Notes under the pieces: model-generated
Told to the model about the DNA's origin: nothing
Databases searched by the model: none
Seen by the model: the letters and a program-made list of their open reading frames with translations, nothing else
Translations under genes and position numbers: made by a program
Shown: positions 7,701 to 14,300 of the stretch, piece after piece
Layout of the letters: each line of letters opens with the position of its first letter
Position numbering within the stretch: position 1 is the stretch's first letter
Source: a virus
Length of the DNA: 38,798 nt
Direction: 5' to 3' (one strand)
IMG/VR virus record: IMGVR_UViG_3300045988_016398
Span: 1-38,798 of that record

Positions 7701-9691
7701 CTCGAGGTGAGGTGAAAATCGGTAAGACAATCACAACTGCATGGGACCCAGTAGAGAATACCTACATCGATTACTACGAAGTTCGACTTGATAGTAATGT
7801 TGGACAGTCCAATAATCTATTAGCCAAGACTACAGACATTCGCTCTGAAATTAAGTTATCGGCTCGTAGAGGTGCGGTATTCGTTTACGCACACAATCCT
7901 GTTAAGGGTTATGGTCCTGCTCTTAGACTTGACTATAACGCAGTAGTACCTAAGGCTCCGGCGAATGTCAAAGTAAAAGGCAATATTACAGGCGTGAGCG
8001 TGGTCTTTGATAGTATCCCAGATACTTGTATAGGCGCTAACATTTACATCGGTACAGAGAAGTATTTCGTCACTACAAACGTAAATATGATACCGCATGA
8101 CCCAGGTGTATTTGATGTAAAAGTTGCCTATGTAGATGTATTTGGTGAGGGTACATACTCCAATATTATTGGTAGCTCTGTACCGGCTAGTATCGACCCT
8201 TCGTTAATTAATGCAGAAGCGTTAGGTTTGGCCGATATCGATAGACGTATTAATGAGCTGGATAAGTCTAGCAACCAGTACGCTAAGGCAGTACAAGCTA
8301 TGAGTCATGCACCACAACTTATGCGTGATCCAATTTTTAAATCTGAGTTAGAGATTGCTCCATATACAAAAGATGGGCAACAAATCACAATCAAAAAGCA
8401 AAGACCTTATCCAGAATACCATGACCCAATTACTGGCGGACAATGTGTATTCGTGGCATCAGGGGATACAAAGTATACATCAATCGGATTTGGCGGTATC
8501 AAAATCTTACCTAAAAATAAGCCTTTAGAGGGTCAGTTAAATAACACTTATATTGTCCGCATGCTGGCAAAAGTTAAGCCAGATATGACGATACATTTAA
8601 ATAACAATCATCTCGGTAAAGGCAGTACTTCAGCAGGATTTTTAACCTCTAACCAAGGTACTGACAAACCTGAGGAGTACATATTTTATTGGAAATATGG
8701 AAACGAATGGGATGTAAAAAATAAAGATGGTCGTGATTGTGGATATGTGTATTTCAAAAACAATAGCAATACATTTAATAATCCAAATTTTATAGCCGTT
8801 ATTTATAAAATTGAAGTATTCGCAGTCGATGAATACGATAACAGCCTAGATGATGTTAGGAGCTCAATCACTCAACTAGCCGGTAGTATTGACTCTAAGG
8901 TAACCAACGCTACAAGTGGTATGGCTACACGCATTACTCAGCTAGATAATGCGATTAAATCACAGGTTATTACCGGTGATAAGGTCATGAGTGCCATTAC
9001 TCAATACACAGGCGGGACTAGGATTGACGGTCGGTTATTACACGTAACCGGTGACGCTCTGTTTGACAATAACATCATTACCAATAAGATGTTAGCTGCT
9101 AAGGCAGTGTCTGCAGATAAGTTAAATGTTACTTCTTTAAGCGCTATCTCAGCTAACCTAGGTGAAGTAACAGGCGGTAAGATTATCGGCGGTACGATCC
9201 AAAATAAAACCGGTACATTTAAAGTTGACGCTAACGGTAACATCGTAGGCGCTAATATTACAGGCTCACGTATTGACGCTCAGTCAATCATGCAAGCCGG
9301 TTTCAAGATTCGAAACATTGACGTACAAATCTATAAGGTACGTCATGGTGACTGGTGTCCACTACCAGAAGGGTTTAGCGAAGGTCAATGTACGTTTATT
9401 CCTGTTGGTTATAAAATGACAGAAGATTATAGTGATGTAACAGGAGGTACTAGAGATGGTCGAGAAAAATGGGATATCGCTAATGGGCGAAGGATTGATT
9501 ATTGCACAATGTATTTCCAGTCTAATATATCGAGCGGATATCACGATACTAAGCCAACCATTGGACTAATTGGTCGCAGGGCTGTTTGCCAATCGATATG
9601 GTATAGTTATTTCAGCAATCGAGACGATAACGGCTATCATAAACATATCTCCTTTGGGGAACTATACGTTCTCGTCATTGGTAAAAAGTAG
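4781..9691 (+). CDS. Host specificity / central tail fibre protein (gpJ-like) with an N-terminal gpI-like segment, three FN3-like repeats and a C-terminal receptor-binding region
   Basis: A 1636-aa ORF. Several blocks are colinear with lambda J as I recall it, for example NNPAWACYDILHH and GCVDVDQAYNYAKHYLRANKYEVRTCTFE...GDVILLQHDVTDWGQGGRV. FN3-like repeats start at PPATPKGFKV, PKAPARGEVK and PKAPANVKVK. Confidence 0.85.
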   Translation: MIRLVIARNPFDLTTRQETLVPFVKGKTLNQYFTEPGEWVYSINGELVDDTASPTDEAYVVVLPKLEKQAFAILLSIGLSIATAGIASGAIFGITSVLGRTLAAMAIGMIGNAIISKIATPKTDSSNTEQSATYGWQGAQTVIGQGHPLAITYGKCKSAGMLISRHVTSDGEKQYLNLLYCAGEGPIDAITDVKLNGNPIGNYKEVQLDVRLGTNDQEIIPNFNDNYADQPLTYELTNDWSIHQTQGNLSTALEVTISLPNGLYYSNDQGGLSETSVTIEGGYRKVGSAEWIPLPISNNGGQSAMLEKTDNRWFKRNSHSRTSIDNSQYTGVIKDSSNKAIYRVFRFDVKEPGQYEVRMRCAHKDGNSNRHVNKVYWSQLTQIVYDDFIHPGKVLIGIKALATDQLNGNDPNVTWIQERKTVWVFNTYTGAYESKPANNPAWACYDILHHCRKIGDEYVVKGAPRERFVYDAFKAWADKCDEKHITFNYIYDNASQVWDALKYAENVGRGKVIPLGTRFSCIYDYAATPTQLFTVGNIKMDSFMEEFQATSSRANAIEVSFLNKAKDYERDVLPVFSEEYDVTTSLTSPAQVELMGCVDVDQAYNYAKHYLRANKYEVRTCTFEAFTDAIACTIGDVILLQHDVTDWGQGGRVESAVGNKVTLDREVTFEQGKTYRLMVRNAKTDALESYNVTGVTGKTLTLASNAVIQTDDLYTYGEATKEAKPFRVLSISKSNSEMTRKISCIEYYPELYAGDDGSVPIIDYTTKSDVIKVINLVLLADVKTLKDGTVLCDINGTWQLPRGKVAKNIIVYYKPVTAKEWQQFKVLDGSATSVTIPSVATDVNYDVKIVCTNNTGAAYEGVERAVYVSGKEIPPATPKGFKVTQDAVNSSVLHLSWEPNTEADLHGYTLYDGNDVVLIKHIGGTSYSYFIPNTGNYQFKLSAIDTSGNESGKAEARITASVSAESVATPKAPARGEVKIGKTITTAWDPVENTYIDYYEVRLDSNVGQSNNLLAKTTDIRSEIKLSARRGAVFVYAHNPVKGYGPALRLDYNAVVPKAPANVKVKGNITGVSVVFDSIPDTCIGANIYIGTEKYFVTTNVNMIPHDPGVFDVKVAYVDVFGEGTYSNIIGSSVPASIDPSLINAEALGLADIDRRINELDKSSNQYAKAVQAMSHAPQLMRDPIFKSELEIAPYTKDGQQITIKKQRPYPEYHDPITGGQCVFVASGDTKYTSIGFGGIKILPKNKPLEGQLNNTYIVRMLAKVKPDMTIHLNNNHLGKGSTSAGFLTSNQGTDKPEEYIFYWKYGNEWDVKNKDGRDCGYVYFKNNSNTFNNPNFIAVIYKIEVFAVDEYDNSLDDVRSSITQLAGSIDSKVTNATSGMATRITQLDNAIKSQVITGDKVMSAITQYTGGTRIDGRLLHVTGDALFDNNIITNKMLAAKAVSADKLNVTSLSAISANLGEVTGGKIIGGTIQNKTGTFKVDANGNIVGANITGSRIDAQSIMQAGFKIRNIDVQIYKVRHGDWCPLPEGFSEGQCTFIPVGYKMTEDYSDVTGGTRDGREKWDIANGRRIDYCTMYFQSNISSGYHDTKPTIGLIGRRAVCQSIWYSYFSNRDDNGYHKHISFGELYVLVIGKK

Positions 9692-9730
9692 TGTTACAAA
9701 CCATAGATTAGACGATAAAAAGGAGGACAT

Positions 9731-10054
9731 ATGGTCGAACAAGATTTAACACTCCACGCTGGACAAGACTTTTCTATCAGTTATGTTGTACCGCCAGATA
9801 GCGATATGACGTTAAGTCAATACAAAGGCGCTTGTAAAATTCGCAAGCGTCCATATGACAATATGATATTAGAGTTACATTCTGTGGTAGAGTCAAAACA
9901 GGTAAGGTTTTATATTTCTGGACAAGAGTCAGCGGATAAGAAAATAAAGGGTGGCGATTACATCTACGACGCATTCCTTTATAACGATGACCACTGGCTC
10001 AAAATTGGTCAAGGTACGATTACGATCGTGCCGGATATTTCAATGCATGAGTAA
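9731..10054 (+). CDS. Hypothetical protein (tail-fibre-region accessory)
   Basis: A 107-aa ORF with an AAGGAGG RBS, lying between the J-like and fibre-like genes. Confidence 0.6.
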   Translation: MVEQDLTLHAGQDFSISYVVPPDSDMTLSQYKGACKIRKRPYDNMILELHSVVESKQVRFYISGQESADKKIKGGDYIYDAFLYNDDHWLKIGQGTITIVPDISMHE

Positions 10055-10070
10055 GAGGAGGTAACTTATC

Positions 10071-11030
10071 ATGGCTGAAACAACTAACACTTTAACACTT
10101 AAATTTGACAAAGAAACAACATTACCATTGTTAGAAGGTTTAGGCAAATCTGCTTATGCTATCGCAGTAGCTCACGGCTTTAAAGGTGATGAGCAAGCAT
10201 GGTTAGATAGCTTACGTGGTCCTAAAGGTGATAAAGGTAGCGCGGAAGAGACGGCTCAAATATTAAAGAAAGATGGCGAATTTCTCAAAAGCGTAAAAGG
10301 TCCTAAAGGTGATGCGGGCAGTGCTGAAAAAGCAGCAGAACTTTTGAAAAATAAAAACGTGTACTTGCCTGACGCAAGCGTAGATACAGTGTTGGCTAAG
10401 CTAGTAGAGATTTTAGGCGATACTATCCACGTGGAATTCAAACAACTCGAATACTTCCAACCAGTAGCCGGTCAAGAATTCTTAGACCTTAAAGGGGAAC
10501 CACACTTTAAGGTTTCCATAAATGGTGGTGAAAAACGTGTATTTGAAAGTGATAACATGCGAGTTCCTATCAAAGCATTTGGCGAAGATGATATCAAAGT
10601 ATCTTACTTTGACCTTGCAGACCGTGAAGTAGGCGTTATCTCTATTAAAGGTCTGGAAACTACTGTGGCTGATGACACTTACACAGACGCAACAGGTGCA
10701 AAATTCACTAAGTATGGTAAGAAATTAGTGCTACGTTTAGCTGACTATCACGAAGGACTCTCTTTCAACTGGCTTGGTAAATGGACTAAATCCGATATCG
10801 ATGTATTGGAAATCATTTCTGATACGGAAAAACAAATGGTTGATACCGATAGTAACACCAATAAATATGACGGTTTAACATTTATTGTTAAACAGCCACA
10901 AAACATTACATTTAGAACCGCAGTAAATCAAGGCACTGTATCAATTACAACAAACACACGCAGTTTTAAAGTTGTCTTAAACGATACATTAACTTGGAAC
11001 GGTGGCACATACGGAAGCGACCATTTATAA
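10071..11030 (+). CDS. Tail-fibre-like protein with a short duplicated collagen-like motif
   Basis: A GAGGAGG RBS precedes the start. The N-terminal motif GKSAYAIAVAHGFKGDEQAWLDSLRGPKGDKG is of a type common in phage fibre proteins. There is a second copy, VKGPKGDAGSAEK. Confidence 0.6.
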   Translation: MAETTNTLTLKFDKETTLPLLEGLGKSAYAIAVAHGFKGDEQAWLDSLRGPKGDKGSAEETAQILKKDGEFLKSVKGPKGDAGSAEKAAELLKNKNVYLPDASVDTVLAKLVEILGDTIHVEFKQLEYFQPVAGQEFLDLKGEPHFKVSINGGEKRVFESDNMRVPIKAFGEDDIKVSYFDLADREVGVISIKGLETTVADDTYTDATGAKFTKYGKKLVLRLADYHEGLSFNWLGKWTKSDIDVLEIISDTEKQMVDTDSNTNKYDGLTFIVKQPQNITFRTAVNQGTVSITTNTRSFKVVLNDTLTWNGGTYGSDHL

Positions 11031-11098
11031 TCCATATCTGGTCCTTAGTTAGCACAGAGTAAGGGGGTGCATATCTCATCTGGACTTGGCAGTTTGAG

Positions 11099-11416
11099 TT
11101 GAACGACTTGCTTACGACATTAACTATCGTAGGCATCGTAGCAGGTGCAGGATATCGGCTTTTAATAGTACCGCTATTAGACCGTTTGGAAGCACAACGA
11201 ATACAGGATAATATATCCTTCACGAGTAAGTGGGATACACTCTTTGATACTCTTAATGAGTTAAAAGAGGATATGAAACTCTCACGTGCTGAACGTGTAA
11301 AATCGGAGGCTACCTTCATGATGTTAACCACGAAGCTAGAATCCATGGAAAAGCGAATTAATGAGTTAAGGGAGGAGTTACATGATCATACCACCTCGGC
11401 TCATGGACAGCGCTAA
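11099..11416 (+). CDS. Membrane-anchored coiled-coil protein at the head of the lysis cassette (start uncertain: TTG 11099 or 11108)
   Basis: An N-terminal TM segment (LLTTLTIVGIVAGAGYRLLIVPLL) is followed by a heptad-rich helix. There is no in-frame ATG near the 5' end and the RBS is weak. Confidence 0.45.
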   Translation: MNDLLTTLTIVGIVAGAGYRLLIVPLLDRLEAQRIQDNISFTSKWDTLFDTLNELKEDMKLSRAERVKSEATFMMLTTKLESMEKRINELREELHDHTTSAHGQR

Positions 11417-11747
11417 GAAAGTATTTAAATCTGTTAGGGTGGCCAACATCCACCCTACAGGCGTATTAGCGACGAGGGCATTAGTCCTCGTCATGCTAGT
11501 ACCTATTATGTTAGTAGTCATCGAATATGTAATGGCGTTCGCCACAGGGTATGTATCCGATGAAACAGGGAAATTAATTAGCACAGGTATTAACATTATT
11601 GACCATATCTTTATACCAAGCGTACTAACTGCCCTTGTAGGGTTCTTAGCACTTTGGATAGATAAGGACGGTAACGGTGTACCTGATAAGCTAGAAGGGA
11701 GTAACAATGAAAGTATGTATCAATCCGGGTCACGACGTGAACCTTGA
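11382..11747 (+). CDS. Holin (two predicted TM segments)
   Basis: A GGGAGGAG RBS precedes the start. Hydrophobic segments are ALVLVMLVPIMLVVIEYVMAFA and IFIPSVLTALVGFLALWI, with a charged C-terminus. The gene lies immediately upstream of, and overlaps, the amidase gene. Confidence 0.65.
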   Translation: MIIPPRLMDSAKKVFKSVRVANIHPTGVLATRALVLVMLVPIMLVVIEYVMAFATGYVSDETGKLISTGINIIDHIFIPSVLTALVGFLALWIDKDGNGVPDKLEGSNNESMYQSGSRREP

Positions 11748-12225
11748 TAGTGGTGCAGTTAACCCTCGCACTGGACGTCGTGAATGTGACGTCGCACTCG
11801 AAGCCGGTGAACTTCTCCAAACATACCTAAATCAAGCCGGATGTCAAACGGTGCTTGTACAAGACGATGACCTTGGTTACGTCTGCCATGTATCTGATGA
11901 TTTTGATGCGGATATCTTTGTATCCTTACACTGTAACGCATTCAATACTCAGGCACGTGGTACTGAAACACTATATAAGTCTTTTAATGGTCAACGATTG
12001 GCTAATGATATTCAAAGCCAAATCATCCGCAGCATTAACACCGTAGACCGTGGCGTTAAGAAACGTGATGACCTTTGGGTACTCAACGGAACTAACGCAG
12101 TAGCAGTTCTCGTAGAAATGGCATTCATCGATAATGACGATGATTTAGAAATGCTTAACAATGACCTTGATACGATTGTCCGTGCTATCGCTAGGGGGAT
12201 AACAGACTACACAGGAGGCGTATAA
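11707..12225 (+). CDS. Endolysin, N-acetylmuramoyl-L-alanine amidase (Amidase_3 type)
   Basis: The pattern MKVCINPGHD...DIFVSLHCNAF...GTETLY...AVLVEMAFIDN is typical of zinc amidases of the CwlD/Amidase_3 type. There is no signal peptide. Confidence 0.85.
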   Translation: MKVCINPGHDVNLDSGAVNPRTGRRECDVALEAGELLQTYLNQAGCQTVLVQDDDLGYVCHVSDDFDADIFVSLHCNAFNTQARGTETLYKSFNGQRLANDIQSQIIRSINTVDRGVKKRDDLWVLNGTNAVAVLVEMAFIDNDDDLEMLNNDLDTIVRAIARGITDYTGGV

Positions 12226-12707
12226 TGTATGAGAAAATCAAGACTACACTTACTAGCTATCCTAAGCTTTATTATGTTATCGGTGCTATTGTGCTCCTAT
12301 CCGTCTTTTGCCTCTGGTACATCTTCTATCAGCCAAGTGGAGCAGACTATCAGCGTACCCTTAACACAGTGGAACGAATTGAAAGCCAACAACGAGAAAG
12401 CATTAAGATTAATCGAGACATCCAGTCTGCCATTGGCCGAAGCTCAAAGCTTGGTCATGAAGCAAAGGGAAGAATTGAACGAAGCACACAATACAATCAC
12501 AAAATTGGAGAACGAATTACAAACAGCCAAGGTAGACTTAATGAAGCAAGAAGTTACCTTGAACGAAATGCAGAACTCTTTAGACGTATTGAAGAACAAG
12601 GTCGAGAACGACAAGAAAACTATCAAACGTCTACGGATGCAACGCAACCTATCCCAGGTGATAGGGGCGGGAGCGATAATCGGAATATCGATTCGACGAT
12701 GAAATAG
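12225..12707 (+). CDS. Spanin-like protein, frame A: N-terminal TM anchor and a charged helical periplasmic domain (i-spanin-like); may be real or a shadow of frame B
   Basis: The ATG overlaps the amidase stop (TAATG), and the same RBS lies 6 nt upstream. The TM segment is LYYVIGAIVLLSVFCLWYIFY. Nine of 17 Arg codons are CGA, which looks like an off-frame echo of AAC-GAA in frame B. Confidence 0.35.
   Translation: MYEKIKTTLTSYPKLYYVIGAIVLLSVFCLWYIFYQPSGADYQRTLNTVERIESQQRESIKINRDIQSAIGRSSKLGHEAKGRIERSTQYNHKIGERITNSQGRLNEARSYLERNAELFRRIEEQGRERQENYQTSTDATQPIPGDRGGSDNRNIDSTMK
12229..12702 (+). CDS. Spanin-like protein, frame B: signal peptide (possible lipobox Cys22), Leu-heptad coiled coil and C-terminal TM segment
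   Basis: An AGGAGG RBS lies 10 nt upstream. The N-terminus is MRKSRLHLLAILSFIMLSVLLCSYPSFA|SG. A long heptad coiled coil follows (ELNEAHNTITKLENELQTAKVDLMKQEVTLNEMQNSLDVLKNKVEN). The C-terminus is VIGAGAIIGISIRR. Codon usage looks more natural than in frame A. Confidence 0.5.
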   Translation: MRKSRLHLLAILSFIMLSVLLCSYPSFASGTSSISQVEQTISVPLTQWNELKANNEKALRLIETSSLPLAEAQSLVMKQREELNEAHNTITKLENELQTAKVDLMKQEVTLNEMQNSLDVLKNKVENDKKTIKRLRMQRNLSQVIGAGAIIGISIRR

Positions 12708-12884
12708 AGGTGATCCAATTATCTCCTGAGCATGAGCAGGTGGACTCACGTGAACATGTTCCAAAATGGAACACGTTGCCATAAATTTTTATGTAAGATA
12801 GTAGGATGTTTGACCAGATTTATATAATAGTATATATTATATAAATCGTTAAAACTTGTTATAGGTTTAATGGGTTACTCAACT

Positions 12885-12898
12885 GTTGCTCAACCTTT
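12885..12898 (+). repeat. GTTGCTCAACCTTT motif, copy 1 (candidate integrase binding site)
   Basis: The same 11-mer recurs at 13059-13069, and with one change at 13070-13080. The internal dyad is GTTG..CAAC. Confidence 0.5.
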
Positions 12899-12992
12899 TA
12901 AAAGTTTTAATGATATAAACTCAATAATAATAAGGATTTTGAGTGGTAATAGAATTGTACTCTAAATAATAGATACAGTTCTACGAATGCAC

Positions 12993-13035
12993 AAAGCACA
13001 GTACTTATGCGTATAGGTACTGTGCTTTTTCTTTT
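12993..13035 (+). terminator. Rho-independent terminator at the end of the late/lysis operon
   Basis: A perfect 12-bp stem (AAAGCACAGTAC / GTACTGTGCTTT) with a 12-nt loop is followed by TTTTCTTTT. Confidence 0.8.
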
Positions 13036-13058
13036 AAAAATAGTTAAAATTTGTGTGC

Positions 13059-13083
13059 GTTGCTCAACCGTTGCACAACCTTT
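13059..13083 (+). repeat. Tandem GTTGCTCAACC / GTTGCACAACCTTT motifs, copies 2 and 3, abutting the int stop codon
   Basis: Direct reading of the sequence. Copy 3 overlaps the integrase stop at 13082-13084. Confidence 0.5.
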
Positions 13084-14131
13084 AACTAAATGATGACGGT
13101 ATTTTATTTACTTCTTCGATGTACTGCTCAATCGTTTTATGGGTATACACATCTGCAGTAATGTCTTTACTTTGTGTGTGGCCAACAATAGCTTTTAGCA
13201 CGTAACGATCCATTCCATAATTACTGGCCAAGGTTACAAACGTATGTCTAGTATCGTGTGGTAAGTGGTCAGATATACCGACCTCTTTACAAAATCGTTT
13301 TATTGGCTTTCCTAGGTACTTTGACGTGTACCCTTGAGGGATAAGTGTATCGGATTTAGAAACGCTCGTCTTGGCGTAAATTTCGCGATAAAAAGGCATA
13401 ACGCAGTCGGCAATAGGTATTAATCTATCCTTGCCGGCTTTTGTTTTTACACCACCAATGATATATCGTTCCTCCAGGTGCACGTTTTCAAGTTTGATGG
13501 ATAGCAGCTCTATCGGGCGCATACCGGAGTAGATATACATTAATAGGAGCTTGGCTATATCCATGTGAGCATGTTCCCATATGGTTTGAATTTCAGCCTC
13601 TGTAAATGGCTTATGTATGTCTGACTTCTCGGCCGGTTTTAACTCTAGGAGTGCTGCATAGTTCTTAACGATGATATCGTTCTTAATAGCGGACTCAAAG
13701 GCGCCATTCAATCCTTTTAATATGATAGCTATAGATGAGCGACTTAAATGGCTATTTTCATCAATTATAGCTTGTAGGTGCACGAGTTTAATTTCTTGTA
13801 TAGGTTTATTCCAAATCGATGTTAACTTCGCTTGTGCGGTCGAATATCCGCCTTTTTTGACATCTATTCCTTTTCGTTCTTTGTCAGCTATCATCCAACG
13901 CCAACATTCACTAAACAATACCTTCTTCGTCTCGAACTTCTCTGGGTAGATACCATACTCTGATAAGGCGTCCCATGCTTCTTTTGATTTAGCATAATAG
14001 CCAATCGTCTTACGTTTACACTTGCCGGTCTCATCGTAGCCAATCGTTACGACTGCACGGTAAGGCTTGCGTAAAGGTTTATGTTTCATTTTGTAAACGG
14101 ATCCAGAACCGTTCGCTCGTTTCATTGCCAT
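13082..14131 (-). CDS. int: Tyrosine recombinase, phage integrase
   Basis: A 349-aa ORF with an N-terminal SAM-like domain and catalytic-type motifs: GMRPIELLSI, HDTRHTFVTLA and GHTQSKDITADVYTH. It lies adjacent to the non-coding att-like region. Confidence 0.9.
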   Translation of the reverse strand: MAMKRANGSGSVYKMKHKPLRKPYRAVVTIGYDETGKCKRKTIGYYAKSKEAWDALSEYGIYPEKFETKKVLFSECWRWMIADKERKGIDVKKGGYSTAQAKLTSIWNKPIQEIKLVHLQAIIDENSHLSRSSIAIILKGLNGAFESAIKNDIIVKNYAALLELKPAEKSDIHKPFTEAEIQTIWEHAHMDIAKLLLMYIYSGMRPIELLSIKLENVHLEERYIIGGVKTKAGKDRLIPIADCVMPFYREIYAKTSVSKSDTLIPQGYTSKYLGKPIKRFCKEVGISDHLPHDTRHTFVTLASNYGMDRYVLKAIVGHTQSKDITADVYTHKTIEQYIEEVNKIPSSFS

Positions 14132-14231
14132 TAATTTTTATACCTTCCTATGGTAATTCTTGCACGGAAGTAGTATAATATGTGTATAGGAAAAACTAAA
14201 TACACCACCCCGTGCTATTTGGTTTTAAGAG

Positions 14232-14299
14232 GCGGCATCGTTTATTCGGTGTCGCTTAATTTTTTACCCCTATCTAGGTATTAGGTAGGGGTATTTTTT
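14232..14299 (+). terminator. Two tandem plus-strand intrinsic-terminator-like hairpins
   Basis: Hairpin 1 is GCGGCATCG-TTTATT-CGGTGTCGC followed by TTAATTTTT. Hairpin 2 is an 11-bp stem, ACCCCTATCTA / TAGGTAGGGGT, followed by ATTTTTT. The G-U pairs work only in the plus-strand RNA. Confidence 0.6.
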
Positions 14300-14300
14300 A

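Larger units (their letters stand above)
12708..13083. other. Putative attP / site-specific recombination region
   Basis: A 374-bp non-coding AT-rich gap lies next to the integrase 3' end. It contains a 12-bp perfect inverted repeat (12818-12829 / 12835-12846) and a hairpin around the GAACATGTTC palindrome (12753-12777). It also carries three copies of GTTGC(T/A)CAACC. Confidence 0.55.

Noticed and set aside
7380-9691. Diversity-generating retroelement targeting the fibre C-terminus
   Set aside because: There is no reverse transcriptase gene, and I did not notice a template/variable repeat pair. The internal similarity is limited to divergent FN3 repeats at the protein level.
10966-11346. 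126-aa minus-strand ORF across the fibre/lysis gene boundary
   Set aside because: It is antisense to two co-directional genes within a uniformly plus-strand late operon. It has no RBS and no motif.
12444-12782. 112-aa minus-strand ORF antisense to the spanin-like locus
   Set aside because: The purine-rich sense strand makes the antisense frames stop-poor. The ORF extends into the non-coding att-like region and has no RBS. It does show that open frames here are partly compositional, which tempers the dual-coding finding.
12708-13081. A tRNA or tmRNA fragment in the att-like region
   Set aside because: I could not fold any cloverleaf or recognise a T-arm/acceptor 3' end by eye. Only a search against host genomes could reveal identity with a tRNA gene.
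14179-14283. 34-codon plus-strand ORF starting at ATG 14179 between int and the membrane-protein gene
   Set aside because: There is no RBS, since the ATG directly abuts the TATAAT hexamer. The ORF runs through both terminator hairpins, so the stretch is more plausibly non-coding RNA or spacer.
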